A stretch of DNA of 56,299 nucleotides, taken from IMG/VR virus record IMGVR_UViG_3300021368_000027, positions 1 through 56,299 of that record. The stretch is one strand, 5' to 3'. The stretch is from a virus. Taxonomy: Duplodnaviria > Caudoviricetes. Of the stretch, positions 33,397 through 43,238 are shown piece by piece. Both the position numbers and the translations under genes were made by a program. Numbering within the stretch: position 1 is the first letter of the stretch; each line of letters starts with the position of its first letter. Under the pieces are notes generated by a model. The model was not told the origin of the DNA and did not search any database. It saw only the letters and a program-made list of their open reading frames with translations.

Positions 33397-33822
33397 CTAC
33401 TCGTAAATAACATAAGAAGACATATCTTCGTTTGTCACTTCATGTACAATAAACTGTTCACCTTCTTCTACCTGAGTGTCTAAGTATTTAGTAACGTTCA
33501 ACCAGTTTGCATAAGATGCTCTCATTAATCTTACTTTTGCAGCAACACCGCTTTCTGCTAGTTCTGTAAAATTATAGCCATCATTGATTGAAAAAGCATT
33601 ATATATAGTATCAGAACTACTTAATCCGTTTATATCTGCATCACTTAACGGATCTCCATATTGGTAACCTACAATACCATTTACTGTTACTGGAGTAGTA
33701 GCTCCTTTGACCACACACCAATCAGTTGGATTATTATCGAGTCGAGCTTTCATAGCAGTAACTGCAGCTTCAACTTCTTCTATTGTTTCGTATGCAACTT
33801 CAGCATAAATATATCTACTCAT
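33397..33822 (-). CDS. Hypothetical protein between the two adhesins (possible assembly chaperone)
   Basis: 141 aa acidic ORF, TAATG-coupled to adhesin 1. Confidence 0.65.
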   Translation of the reverse strand: MSRYIYAEVAYETIEEVEAAVTAMKARLDNNPTDWCVVKGATTPVTVNGIVGYQYGDPLSDADINGLSSSDTIYNAFSINDGYNFTELAESGVAAKVRLMRASYANWLNVTKYLDTQVEEGEQFIVHEVTNEDMSSYVIYE

Positions 33823-35069
33823 TACGTACCGCCATAAATTGTACCACTATTACTTAGCGTATATGAAACACCACTATCATCTACCGCTTTACCTGCATCA
33901 CCGCCCTGACACTGTGTAGATACAGAAGCACCTCTATGTCCTCTGCCTCCTGCTGAACCCCAGCCACCGCCACCACCAGATGAACCTGAGTGACCGCCAG
34001 TAGAGTTTCCATTACCTCCAGCTTCACCTCCTGCGCCACCATAACAAACAGTAGTATTTGACCCATAGGGTGGGGAGTTTACCCTAGCACCTGGAAGTAT
34101 TCTACCACCAGCATTTCCTGATGGTGAACCTGAATCTTCTCCTGCTGACGCTGCTCCTGGGCCACCAGCATTACCACCATATGTATAATTCTTTGACCAA
34201 ACGTAGTACCCACCACCTGAGTGGAGTGATGTACTAATTTTCCAACCTCTTTCGTTTAGTTCACCACCAAAACCTATAGAAGGTCCATTGCCATTGTTTG
34301 TTCCTGTTATACCAAAGTCAGAATATTGTGGTCCTTGTGTGGTGTAATTAGGCCAACCACTACCTGATGTAGAATACAATCCACCAGGGCCATGTCTAGC
34401 GCCACCGTCTGCGCCACCTGCACCACCACCGCCACCTGCTCCAGTATTGTTAGGCTCAACGTGTGAAGAACCACCGCCTCCACCGCCACCAGCAATGTAG
34501 CCACCAGACATATTCTGAATAGTTACATTACTTACCCCTGAGTTAATCTTGATAGCAGGGCCACCGTCTGAGCCAGTACCTAAGTCCGTAGTACTGTAAC
34601 CTGAGTTATAATTACCACTGCCAGGAGCAGGGTGTGGTAAATTCTTTATGCGTAAACCTGAACCACCTTGTCCACCTTTACCTATAATCTTACCATAGTT
34701 CTTAATAGTACAAGGTATGTCAACAACTAATGCTGCTGTTGTTCTGTCATCTGACCATATCCATAGCGAGGAAGGTATAACTAGAGTACCACCAGAGCTT
34801 ACATAAGTAGATGCTGTAATTTCTTGTAGCTGACTTTGACCATTTATATTAGTTCCACTACTTGGCAGATCTAATTCTGTTTCAGAAGTCGCACCATAGT
34901 AGTCTGAAAAATCTGTAGCCCCACCTGAAGTAGAGTTAATTGTTCTTCCTGCAGCAGCAGTAAGACCTCTAATATCGGTGTCGTTCATGCTGGCCTGACT
35001 ACCTGAAGTACCACCTGCCTCTACATGAATATCATTTAGACTTATAGCACCACTAGTCTGTAGAGCCAC
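33822..35069 (-). CDS. Glycine-rich tail-fibre adhesin (T-even gp38-like), paralog 1
   Basis: MALQTSGAISLNDIHVEAGG N-domain, polyglycine segments, GGGGGWG, C-terminal GTIYGG. Confidence 0.75.
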   Translation of the reverse strand: MALQTSGAISLNDIHVEAGGTSGSQASMNDTDIRGLTAAAGRTINSTSGGATDFSDYYGATSETELDLPSSGTNINGQSQLQEITASTYVSSGGTLVIPSSLWIWSDDRTTAALVVDIPCTIKNYGKIIGKGGQGGSGLRIKNLPHPAPGSGNYNSGYSTTDLGTGSDGGPAIKINSGVSNVTIQNMSGGYIAGGGGGGGSSHVEPNNTGAGGGGGAGGADGGARHGPGGLYSTSGSGWPNYTTQGPQYSDFGITGTNNGNGPSIGFGGELNERGWKISTSLHSGGGYYVWSKNYTYGGNAGGPGAASAGEDSGSPSGNAGGRILPGARVNSPPYGSNTTVCYGGAGGEAGGNGNSTGGHSGSSGGGGGWGSAGGRGHRGASVSTQCQGGDAGKAVDDSGVSYTLSNSGTIYGGT

Positions 35070-36795
35070 CTTTTAGCTCCTCTATTTCAGCTTTAAGTTC
35101 TTTGATTGCTTCTATGAGTAAACCATGTAACTGATCATACTGTACTGTTTTGTATTCTACATCAGATTCACTATGGAATACAAGTGATTTATTATCTACC
35201 GCACTAGGTAATACTTTCTCTATCTCCTGTGCTATCACACCTGCAGATTGCTTTCCATCTTTGTTGTTATAAGTAAATGTATAACCATTGATTTGAGATA
35301 CTTTATCTAAGGCATTGTCTATCTTCTGTATGTCATGCTTTAGTCTTTTATCAGAAGGTACAGTACCTGAGTATGCAGTGATGTTTCCATCTACGTGCAG
35401 GTCACCACCGTTTGCAAGCCTCATTTCCTCTGTACCAGCAGCATACCAACGAATACCTACAGATGCATCATAGAAAGTGTAGTCGTGTGTATTACCACTG
35501 TAAATATCAACAGTATTAGAGTTTCTCCTACGATCATCCTCTAGTCTAAATTCTGTACCCGATAAGGTTAAGCCGTAGTTGCCTCCTGCAGTGTATTCTG
35601 TGTTATCTGCAGCAAAGTTTAATTTACCATTAGTATCATCATAAGTTACAGATATATTAGTTTCTGTATTACTACCTACCATTGCACCTACAATGTCTTG
35701 TATGCTTTCATCCTTCAAAGATACAGCACCCGAAGACACACTGAAGTCTGTAGAACTGAATGATGCAATACCTTTGTTAGTTGTTGATGCATCTTCACCA
35801 GCTATTGTACCAGAAGTTATGTCTATACCTTCACCTGCAGATATAGCTGCTTGCGCTCTAGCATCTGTAAAGTATAAATTATTTCCCTCTGCTAAGTCTG
35901 TTGTGCTGTGGTTAGATATATCTGAAACAGTACCAGTTACATTACCTGTGACGTTACCTGTTAAATTACCTGTAACGTTACCAGTTACTGCACCTGTTAC
36001 AGGGCCAGTGTGTGTACCTGCAGTGTCACCTGTGACATCTCCTGTGACATTCCCTGTCAAGTTACCTGTGACATTTCCTGTAACGTTACCAGTTACTGCA
36101 CCTGTGACATCACCAGTCAGATTGCCTGTTATACCATTACTAGCACCTAATGTTGTAAAACTACCAGCAGCAGCAACTGTGCCACCTATAGTGGTATTAT
36201 CAATAGTACCACCATTGATGTCTGCTGTGTCAGCTACTAAGCTATCTATGTTAGCTGTACCATCAATATATAAATCACGCCACTCTTTTCCTACAGCCCC
36301 CAGGTCATATGTATCGTCATCGTCTGGTATAATGTTACTGTCAATGTCAGCACCAAACGTAACGCTATCTGTAGAGGCATCTCCAAAAGTTAAGTTACCG
36401 CTAATAGTAGCATTACCTGTGACACTAAGATTACCACCAATAGAAACATCAGCTACAGTTGTTACATTGCCTGTAAAGGTAGAGGTTTCATCTACAGCAA
36501 GTATATCTGTCCTTAATGTTCCATCAAAGAAACCGTCTTTCCATTCAATCGTAGATGTGCCTAGATCGTAGGTATCGTCTGTCTTTGCCCTAACAACAGT
36601 AGAGGTAACAACTAAATCATTAGCTGGTCCTACGCTTTCAATAGGTGGACCATTGCCTGTAGTACCATCGTGGGTGTGTCCAGTAGAACCATTGAAAGCT
36701 GCTTCAAGAGCGTTGTACTCTGCGTTAAAGTCTGCAGCATCAATAACTGCACCTGTAACTATGTTAGCTGTCGCTTGACGTGTATATCCTGCCAT
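35053..36795 (-). CDS. Tail fibre with C-terminal intramolecular chaperone (peptidase S74)
   Basis: GHTHDG N-terminal motif, G(N/D/A)VT repeats, SDKRLKHDI cleavage motif, GVIAQE, C-terminal coiled coil. Confidence 0.88.
   Translation of the reverse strand: MAGYTRQATANIVTGAVIDAADFNAEYNALEAAFNGSTGHTHDGTTGNGPPIESVGPANDLVVTSTVVRAKTDDTYDLGTSTIEWKDGFFDGTLRTDILAVDETSTFTGNVTTVADVSIGGNLSVTGNATISGNLTFGDASTDSVTFGADIDSNIIPDDDDTYDLGAVGKEWRDLYIDGTANIDSLVADTADINGGTIDNTTIGGTVAAAGSFTTLGASNGITGNLTGDVTGAVTGNVTGNVTGNLTGNVTGDVTGDTAGTHTGPVTGAVTGNVTGNLTGNVTGNVTGTVSDISNHSTTDLAEGNNLYFTDARAQAAISAGEGIDITSGTIAGEDASTTNKGIASFSSTDFSVSSGAVSLKDESIQDIVGAMVGSNTETNISVTYDDTNGKLNFAADNTEYTAGGNYGLTLSGTEFRLEDDRRRNSNTVDIYSGNTHDYTFYDASVGIRWYAAGTEEMRLANGGDLHVDGNITAYSGTVPSDKRLKHDIQKIDNALDKVSQINGYTFTYNNKDGKQSAGVIAQEIEKVLPSAVDNKSLVFHSESDVEYKTVQYDQLHGLLIEAIKELKAEIEELKGGSTD
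35934..36132 (-). repeat. Tandem 12-nt coding repeats encoding G(N/D/A)(V/L)T
   Basis: GNLTGDVTGAVTGNVTGNVTGNLTGNVTGDVTGD... within the tail fibre. Confidence 0.8.
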
Positions 36796-36797
36796 AA

Positions 36798-38624
36798 TTA
36801 TTGCCTATCATTCTCTCTATATTGTAATACTGCTGTGTCCAATGTGAAGGGTGGGTTAGTGTCGTTACTTGTTATTCTCATAGCAACTGTGTGAAACGAA
36901 CCAATTAAGTTTTCATTGTATATTCTTTTTACTTTACTACCAAACTTAGCTGCATCTGTTCCTGTACCGCCATACAATGATGTAGCTGCACCGTATAAAA
37001 AGATACCACCACCACCAGACAAAGAGCCTACATCAATTTCATCTGGTTGTAATATTCTGGTATCATCTCCTGAATCAAGGTTAAACAGTAACCTAAACTT
37101 GAGAGCCATTTGTCCTGTAGGATCTGCATATAAAGTTAGCTTGTATGCTGTCTTTCTTTTTTCTGAATCTGTTATTGGCATATATGGAGTTTCTAGTATA
37201 GTCTCTATATTACTACCATCAAACCCATTAGTCTTTTCCATCTCATAAACATAGCCATCACTGTTTGCAAACATGATAGCCTCAGACGTACCAGAATAAA
37301 CACTGTCAGCTATATAAGCTTTTATACCTTTTGTTGATGACCACTCAATACCTTCAGCACCCTGTGCTATAAACTTTGTTGCTACTAAACCTTGTGCAAC
37401 GTCATCATCAATGGATTCTATATACGCAAAGATCCTATACTGACCTTTCTCTCTAAGTATAACAGAAGAATATATTGGTGTCGATCTTAAAAAGTCATCT
37501 GCGTCTTTATTTATCTTATCAGACGCAACGTCTAATCCAAAGTCACCGATACGATCTGTAGCACTTAAAAGTCTGATACCATCAGGTGATAGATACATAA
37601 TATCACCACCAAATTCCTGTATAGTATCTGCGTTTATACAACCTATCTTGTTTGTTATTGGAGTTATTCTAAAGTCAGAAGATGTATTTCCTGTTAGTCT
37701 TTTTATACTGTCACTAGTAAATATAATTAATTGGTCACGAAAGACAACCATACCAGTTACATCATTACCAACAAATAAACTACCAGCGCCATTACCTGTA
37801 GAAAAATCATCAACAGTGTTAGGTGCAGTGAAATATATTTGGCTACCTTTTGAATAGAATGTTGTTTCCTTAAATACAACAACTAATTCTGCACCCTGTA
37901 CATCTGTATTTATATTAGGGCTAGATGCCGTAAGAAATGACATGGTATTGCCATTCGAGTTGTATATCCCTGGGTAGTCTTGTCCATCTACGAATACAAC
38001 CTTGTCATCTCCAGAAAAATTAAATGCAGCCTTTTTAGCTTTTCCACCACCTATGTCTGCAGTGGTAGCCATATGTGTCCATGTAGTTCCTGTACCTACA
38101 TAATACGCTGTATGGTTTATATCTGCGTCCTGAAGACCTACCTTTTGAAAAGTAAGAGCAGTATCGTCTGATAATGTTTGAACAGAAGAAAGAACTATAT
38201 TGTTCTGGTCTGTCACGGTTGCAACGGTCACAGTACCTGATATACCTGAACCTGTAACAACCATACCTTGCTCTATAGTATTATTGTTACCGTCAAGAAC
38301 TACAGCCGTAGAAGAAGTAGTAGCTCCATTTACATTAGCAGTTGCTTGTAAGGCTGTGATAGTATTAGAGTCTAGCTTTCTGGCTACAACAACACGTCCT
38401 CCTGATATGACATGCATAGCTTCAATCTTACCATACCCAGGAACTTGCGTGGTGCTAAACTTTTCATAGCCTCTTATCTTAGTATAGCCACCCTGTCTGT
38501 CTGCCTCCATGTTTTGTAATATTGTAGCAGAGCCGATTGCATTTATACCCTGTTGCAAAGGAGACAGGTTAGAGATTAATCCACCCTTAAACTCTACAGG
38601 AAAAGTATTCCATTGTGTTGGCAT
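36798..38624 (-). CDS. Tail tubular protein B / nozzle
   Basis: 608 aa beta-rich; GGL N-terminus, IGC...TIQE.GGD...LSPDG.R motif; follows the adaptor gene. Confidence 0.75.
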   Translation of the reverse strand: MPTQWNTFPVEFKGGLISNLSPLQQGINAIGSATILQNMEADRQGGYTKIRGYEKFSTTQVPGYGKIEAMHVISGGRVVVARKLDSNTITALQATANVNGATTSSTAVVLDGNNNTIEQGMVVTGSGISGTVTVATVTDQNNIVLSSVQTLSDDTALTFQKVGLQDADINHTAYYVGTGTTWTHMATTADIGGGKAKKAAFNFSGDDKVVFVDGQDYPGIYNSNGNTMSFLTASSPNINTDVQGAELVVVFKETTFYSKGSQIYFTAPNTVDDFSTGNGAGSLFVGNDVTGMVVFRDQLIIFTSDSIKRLTGNTSSDFRITPITNKIGCINADTIQEFGGDIMYLSPDGIRLLSATDRIGDFGLDVASDKINKDADDFLRSTPIYSSVILREKGQYRIFAYIESIDDDVAQGLVATKFIAQGAEGIEWSSTKGIKAYIADSVYSGTSEAIMFANSDGYVYEMEKTNGFDGSNIETILETPYMPITDSEKRKTAYKLTLYADPTGQMALKFRLLFNLDSGDDTRILQPDEIDVGSLSGGGGIFLYGAATSLYGGTGTDAAKFGSKVKRIYNENLIGSFHTVAMRITSNDTNPPFTLDTAVLQYRENDRQ

Positions 38625-39313
38625 TAGAAATGTACTCTTGTATCACGTATGTAATCCATACGATTTATGTTTAAGCTTCTCAAGTACTTTATACCGTCTT
38701 GAAACTTTCGATTTGATATGTCAGCCATTTGTGTATCACCACGAAATTGGTAGACATAATACATAGCACCATCAATAATACAGAAACGATATTGTTCTGG
38801 TAAAGACGGAACGTCTGTAGCGAGTTCCAAGTCATACCCTGTTCTGTAGTATTCATACACTAGCTCATAAGCTTTGTCTGGATTGGGATAACATATAAGT
38901 TCTCTACTAGGAGTTCTTACAATGTGTGTAGGTGTCGATCTATTACTTGTACCTGTATTATACTCTGAGTCAACATACTTTTCTAACCACTCTTCATAGG
39001 TCATGTTCTTTAGTCTAATAGTACCTACGTTAAGATTGTCATCTCTTTTAATACGAACACTATTCATATCTATAGTTTTAGCATCGTTAGGATATGAATA
39101 CCTTACAGTTCCTGGAGCAAGAATTTCAATCTCTTCTACGTGATTCCAAGGCCACTGAAACTCTTCTTGATTGATATGCCTTATTGCAGCATTGACAGCA
39201 TCTTTAGCAAAAGAAAAATACCCTGTTGCTGTAGGAAAATTATCTGTTGTTAACTCTACTTCATTTAAGCGATTGTTAACATCATTAGTTAAACCTATAA
39301 AATCATATGCCAT
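38624..39313 (-). CDS. Tail tubular protein A / head-tail adaptor
   Basis: NxVNNRLNE, AVNAAIR.I...WPW, YPNPDKAY, P.LPE motifs. Confidence 0.75.
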   Translation of the reverse strand: MAYDFIGLTNDVNNRLNEVELTTDNFPTATGYFSFAKDAVNAAIRHINQEEFQWPWNHVEEIEILAPGTVRYSYPNDAKTIDMNSVRIKRDDNLNVGTIRLKNMTYEEWLEKYVDSEYNTGTSNRSTPTHIVRTPSRELICYPNPDKAYELVYEYYRTGYDLELATDVPSLPEQYRFCIIDGAMYYVYQFRGDTQMADISNRKFQDGIKYLRSLNINRMDYIRDTRVHF

Positions 39314-39314
39314 A

Positions 39315-39638
39315 TTACTTCTCTTTTATTCTCAACTGGATAGATCTTTCAAAAGTAAGACCATTACCTGTTGTTATAGAACAGCTTGTACTATAAGTTT
39401 TATTTACTGTTCCTAGTGCAAAACGTGCAGTAACTACTTTTGTTGCAGCAGATATTGTTGATGTAATAAACTGTAGCCCATCAACAACATCACCATTATT
39501 GACAGATACTTTAGTACCACTGGCATCTTTAATTGTCCAAGAAGCAGCAGACAATGAAGTATCAGGTATAAACCTTGACCAATCTACGCTGAAGTCTGCT
39601 GTCTCGTCAGGGTCTTTATCAGGCCATCTGTAAGCCAT
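39315..39638 (-). CDS. Small tail/fibre adaptor-like protein
   Basis: KDPDETADFSVDW motif, beta-rich. Confidence 0.65.
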   Translation of the reverse strand: MAYRWPDKDPDETADFSVDWSRFIPDTSLSAASWTIKDASGTKVSVNNGDVVDGLQFITSTISAATKVVTARFALGTVNKTYSTSCSITTGNGLTFERSIQLRIKEK

Positions 39639-39648
39639 TGCATAATCC

Positions 39649-40614
39649 TTAGTTTGTTATGAATACGGTTTTTGGTAAATCTCTGTAAGGCTCAATACTT
39701 ACAGTAAAATTTTGCGCTGGTATAAACACAGTGCTAGGTTGAGAATTGCTAGTTACAGATTCTATAGTTACTGTAAAATTTTCTGGAGGGATTGTAATCG
39801 TACTAGGCGGTTGATTTAACCCTGCAGGTAGTATTATTACTGTGCTTTCTTTGCGGTATACTAGCGCAGAAGCAATAGCTTCATAGTCAAATACAACAGC
39901 AGTAGGGTCTTCTATCTGTACACTAAATAACCCAAACACACTAGTTGGGAAAGCAGTAGCGTCTACAAATAATGTTGGTAAAGGTTCAACAAACGTTGAA
40001 GAAGTTACACTGCTTAATGTTATACTTGATTTTGCCTGAAAGTCAAGTGTAGAATTAACTAAAGTAGGAGATATTGTATCTAAAACAGGATTTGCTGTAC
40101 CTGTAGCTGAGATACTATTTATATTACTAGTAGTTACTACAGTTGTGGGGAATGCGCTGGTAACCCCTTTTGCAGTTATAGTACCTAACTCTAGTGAGCC
40201 TAGAACACCACCATCAGGAGAGGCAGCAGTATCATCTATAGGTGTTACAGCAGTTAAAGATGCAGTAACCTCAACGCCTGTTATGGCTACATTATTTACT
40301 GTACTTACTGTAAGAGTTCCTACAGAAGATGTACCAACAACACCTGTTAATTCTTTAGCTTGGAAAAATCCTAGTGAACCTACAGCACCAGATGAAATTA
40401 CACCAGTTAAAGATACTGCTGAATCTACAGATAATCCAAGAGTATTAGAAGTTGTTGTACTAACAACAGAAGCAATAGGAAAGTTATTGTTAGTAGATAA
40501 GGATAGGGCATTAAGAGTTGCAGTAGAAGTTGCAGCAGCTAATGTAACACTAGCATTAACAACTGTACCGCTTTCTGCGATAGTCTCAGATGCAACTGGA
40601 TAATGCCCAAACAT
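39649..40614 (-). CDS. S/T/V-rich virion structural protein
   Basis: Repeated LTGVxxxxxVGxL pattern; C-terminal duplicated PSTxxIPxxNFTV. Confidence 0.65.
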   Translation of the reverse strand: MFGHYPVASETIAESGTVVNASVTLAAATSTATLNALSLSTNNNFPIASVVSTTTSNTLGLSVDSAVSLTGVISSGAVGSLGFFQAKELTGVVGTSSVGTLTVSTVNNVAITGVEVTASLTAVTPIDDTAASPDGGVLGSLELGTITAKGVTSAFPTTVVTTSNINSISATGTANPVLDTISPTLVNSTLDFQAKSSITLSSVTSSTFVEPLPTLFVDATAFPTSVFGLFSVQIEDPTAVVFDYEAIASALVYRKESTVIILPAGLNQPPSTITIPPENFTVTIESVTSNSQPSTVFIPAQNFTVSIEPYRDLPKTVFITN

Positions 40615-40625
40615 CTACCTAATCC

Positions 40626-40910
40626 TTATGTTCGAGCATTCACCCAAGCTGTAACCATAGCAGATACTTCTGCGTTGGTCATGTCTGTATCATCTTCGTT
40701 CTTAAAAGTACTAGCACTATGCATAGCTAATACCTTTGTGTCTAACTCAGCAGCAGTTAATACTGTAACTGTACTGGGTATATGCCATTCAGGATTGTCA
40801 CGTGTCCAACCTATATATCTGTTACCATTAACAAAGTAACCACCGTCCTCTACCCAGTCAGGACATTTCATTCCACCAGGAGACATCTCTAGTTTGTATT
40901 CAAGTATCAT
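40626..40910 (-). CDS. Hypothetical protein
   Basis: 94 aa, ILEYKL...PDWVEDGGY; RBS AAGGA. Confidence 0.7.
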   Translation of the reverse strand: MILEYKLEMSPGGMKCPDWVEDGGYFVNGNRYIGWTRDNPEWHIPSTVTVLTAAELDTKVLAMHSASTFKNEDDTDMTNAEVSAMVTAWVNART

Positions 40911-41727
40911 CTTTGCTTTCCTCTTTCTCTAATCTTAGCATGTACTCAGGGTTTATGAAGTCTGCTTTACCAAATATTCTTTCGGCTGTCTTATCGGCAT
41001 TCTGGTAATATTTATCTGCCATCTTATCTAGAAACTCTTCCAGATCATTAGAATGTAATAACTCATGGTTAGCTATTCTTTGTGCTGTATACTTTAGATA
41101 GCCAGATACTTCAGTCATAGCTACCTGTGGGTGTACACCATACTGCTGCATGTATTCTATAGTAGATGTTGATGCTCTGCCACCATCCATCAAGTTACGA
41201 TACATAAGCTCGAAGCCACGTCTTACATGGTGTCGCTTCTCTTCTCTTTCGAATGCTTCTTCATCCCACTCATCAATGTCATTCTTAGCTTTTATATTCT
41301 CGTAGCTATCTATCAGTGTGGCAATATCTTTTATAGAACCATTGATCTTGTTCTCCATCATAACAAGACCATGACGTGCTGCCTTTAGTTCTGCCTCAGA
41401 TACAGGATCGTCTTCACCCTCTAGCTCTAGTATCTTAACACGTTGCTTGGCGTGACTTACTTGTGCTTCTGACAAAGCCATCTTACGCTTCTCTACTTCA
41501 GCAGTAATCTGTCGTAGCATACGGTATGGCGAATGACCATTGAGCATAGTCAATGTCATCATAGACAAAGTTGTTTGTGAGTTGTTACGATCAAAAGCTC
41601 TAGTAGCTTTGTCTATTTCTGGTAACTTCTCTGCTACTCTAGCTGCAGCTACTTGATTTATATTATCAGATGCTTCTATAGGCAGTGAGAATGTTATAGG
41701 TTTAGTTACTACATTTGATTTGGTCAT
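40900..41727 (-). CDS. Helical/coiled-coil protein downstream of the propeller-repeat genes
   Basis: 275 aa; SPYRMLRQI.AE...RK.AL.E and WDEEAFE.EE motifs; has its own promoter. Confidence 0.75.
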   Translation of the reverse strand: MTKSNVVTKPITFSLPIEASDNINQVAAARVAEKLPEIDKATRAFDRNNSQTTLSMMTLTMLNGHSPYRMLRQITAEVEKRKMALSEAQVSHAKQRVKILELEGEDDPVSEAELKAARHGLVMMENKINGSIKDIATLIDSYENIKAKNDIDEWDEEAFEREEKRHHVRRGFELMYRNLMDGGRASTSTIEYMQQYGVHPQVAMTEVSGYLKYTAQRIANHELLHSNDLEEFLDKMADKYYQNADKTAERIFGKADFINPEYMLRLEKEESKDDT

Positions 41728-41753
41728 ATGCTATCCTTATGTTTTAGTTTGTT

Positions 41754-41781
41754 ATTATAGCATTTAAACAAGTTTTGTCAA
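41754..41781 (-). promoter_or_regulatory. Internal promoter TTGACA-N16-TATAAT
   Basis: TTGACA 41781-41776, TATAAT 41759-41754. Confidence 0.75.
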
Positions 41782-42960
41782 TCACGATGCGTTTCCTGAT
41801 GATCCTGCGCTAAGAAAATGGGCTACAACCAAGTCTCCATGATCTGTAGCATTTCCAGTTGTTTGTATTGTAACTCTGTCTATTACATTACTAAAAGATG
41901 TACCTGTTCCTACTTGACCACCTTGCCTACAAGCGTAGGTTCCATCACTAGTTGCAGAAGGATGATCTCCTCGTTCTGTCAAGTCACCAAAGTCTGTAGC
42001 ATTTCCAGTAGTAGCTATAGTAACATATTGCATCCTTGGTGTTCTTGCATAGGTTTCTGAGGAGTCAGTACTTCTTCCTGTAAATGTCATAGCTCTAGTG
42101 TCATCTCCTGCCCCTGCATGTTGCTCTGTAGGGCTTATAAGATCCCCAAAATCCGTAGTATTTCCTGTGGTTGCGATTGTAATATATTGGATTTCGTTTA
42201 GTCTAGAACCTGTAGTGCCTCCCATAATAACACCTCTAGTGGCATTAGCCCATCCAGCCAAACGCTCTATAGTACCACTCAGATCTCCAAAGTCCGTACC
42301 GTTACCAAGTGTATCTATAGTATTATATTCCATTTCATTAATTTTAACAAAAGATCCGCTAACGCTTGACCTTCCTCCAGTAGTAACAGCCCTAGAAGAG
42401 TCGCTTAAAGTATCATGATAATATCTAGCAGTAATTAAATCTCCAAAATCTTGAGCATTACCAGTAGTTGCTGTTGTAATGTAATCTATAGAATTTTTTA
42501 TAGTATTACTACCAGTACCATTATTTCCTGCAGTGATAATTACTCTACTACCATTAGAAGCTGCTGCTGGACCTACTGATCTAGCTGATAGATCTCCAAA
42601 ATCTGTACCGTTACCTGCTGTGGGTATAGAGTAATACTCTATAGAATCACCGTCAGTTGAACTACCTCCTTTACCAGCACGAATACCTCTTGCTCCGTAT
42701 CTAGAAGGGGTGCTGCCACTACCACTACCTATCAAAGTCTGCCACGCTCCGTTAGCATATACTTTGTACTCATTAGTATCAGAGTTCCACCATGTGTCAC
42801 CATTAGCAGGACTAGTTGGGTCACCGTCTGAATCAGTATTTGTGTGATGAGTAAAACCTGAAAGCCCACTATCAGCACCTGCAATCGTAAAGCCATTAGT
42901 AAAGTTAGGTGAACCATTTCCTATTCTGTCTGTTATCTTTGTTATCTCAACTTTACTCAT
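41782..42960 (-). CDS. GNATDFGD-repeat (beta-propeller-like) tail-associated protein 3
   Basis: Six ~48-aa repeats I.Y.TIATTGNA.DFGDL; N-terminal GDTWWNS fibre motif; ends SGNAS. Confidence 0.75.
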   Translation of the reverse strand: MSKVEITKITDRIGNGSPNFTNGFTIAGADSGLSGFTHHTNTDSDGDPTSPANGDTWWNSDTNEYKVYANGAWQTLIGSGSGSTPSRYGARGIRAGKGGSSTDGDSIEYYSIPTAGNGTDFGDLSARSVGPAAASNGSRVIITAGNNGTGSNTIKNSIDYITTATTGNAQDFGDLITARYYHDTLSDSSRAVTTGGRSSVSGSFVKINEMEYNTIDTLGNGTDFGDLSGTIERLAGWANATRGVIMGGTTGSRLNEIQYITIATTGNTTDFGDLISPTEQHAGAGDDTRAMTFTGRSTDSSETYARTPRMQYVTIATTGNATDFGDLTERGDHPSATSDGTYACRQGGQVGTGTSFSNVIDRVTIQTTGNATDHGDLVVAHFLSAGSSGNAS

Positions 42961-43238
42961 GACGCTGATCCTGATGTACTACTCATTGATTGAAAACCAG
43001 TATTTCCAATATCCCCAAAGTCTGTGGCATTTCCTGGGGTATCTATAGTAACATATTCTATTGTGTTTACCATGTATCCATTACCACTACCTTCGCTACC
43101 ACCAGCGCTAACTATAGCACGTGTTAGGTTACTAGTTGATGTTATTCTTTTTCTAGCAGCACTCAAGTCTCCAAAATCGGTAGCATTACCTGGTGTATCA
43201 AAAGCAGCGTAACCTATTGCATTAGTTCTAGTACCCAT
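42957..43238 (-). CDS. C-terminal fragment (2 repeats) of GNATDFGD-repeat protein 2
   Basis: Continues the repeat register of 43238..44128 in the -1 frame; ends SGSAS. Confidence 0.65.
   Translation of the reverse strand: MGTRTNAIGYAAFDTPGNATDFGDLSAARKRITSTSNLTRAIVSAGGSEGSGNGYMVNTIEYVTIDTPGNATDFGDIGNTGFQSMSSTSGSAS

Noticed and set aside
35934-36132. CRISPR-like repeat array
   Set aside because: Degenerate in-frame 12-nt coding repeats without unique spacers.
35693-36571. 292-aa + strand ORF and other long antisense ORFs (24815, 40145, 46937, 31578)
   Set aside because: Shadows of repetitive Gly/Thr/Ala-rich minus-strand genes; no RBS or motif support.
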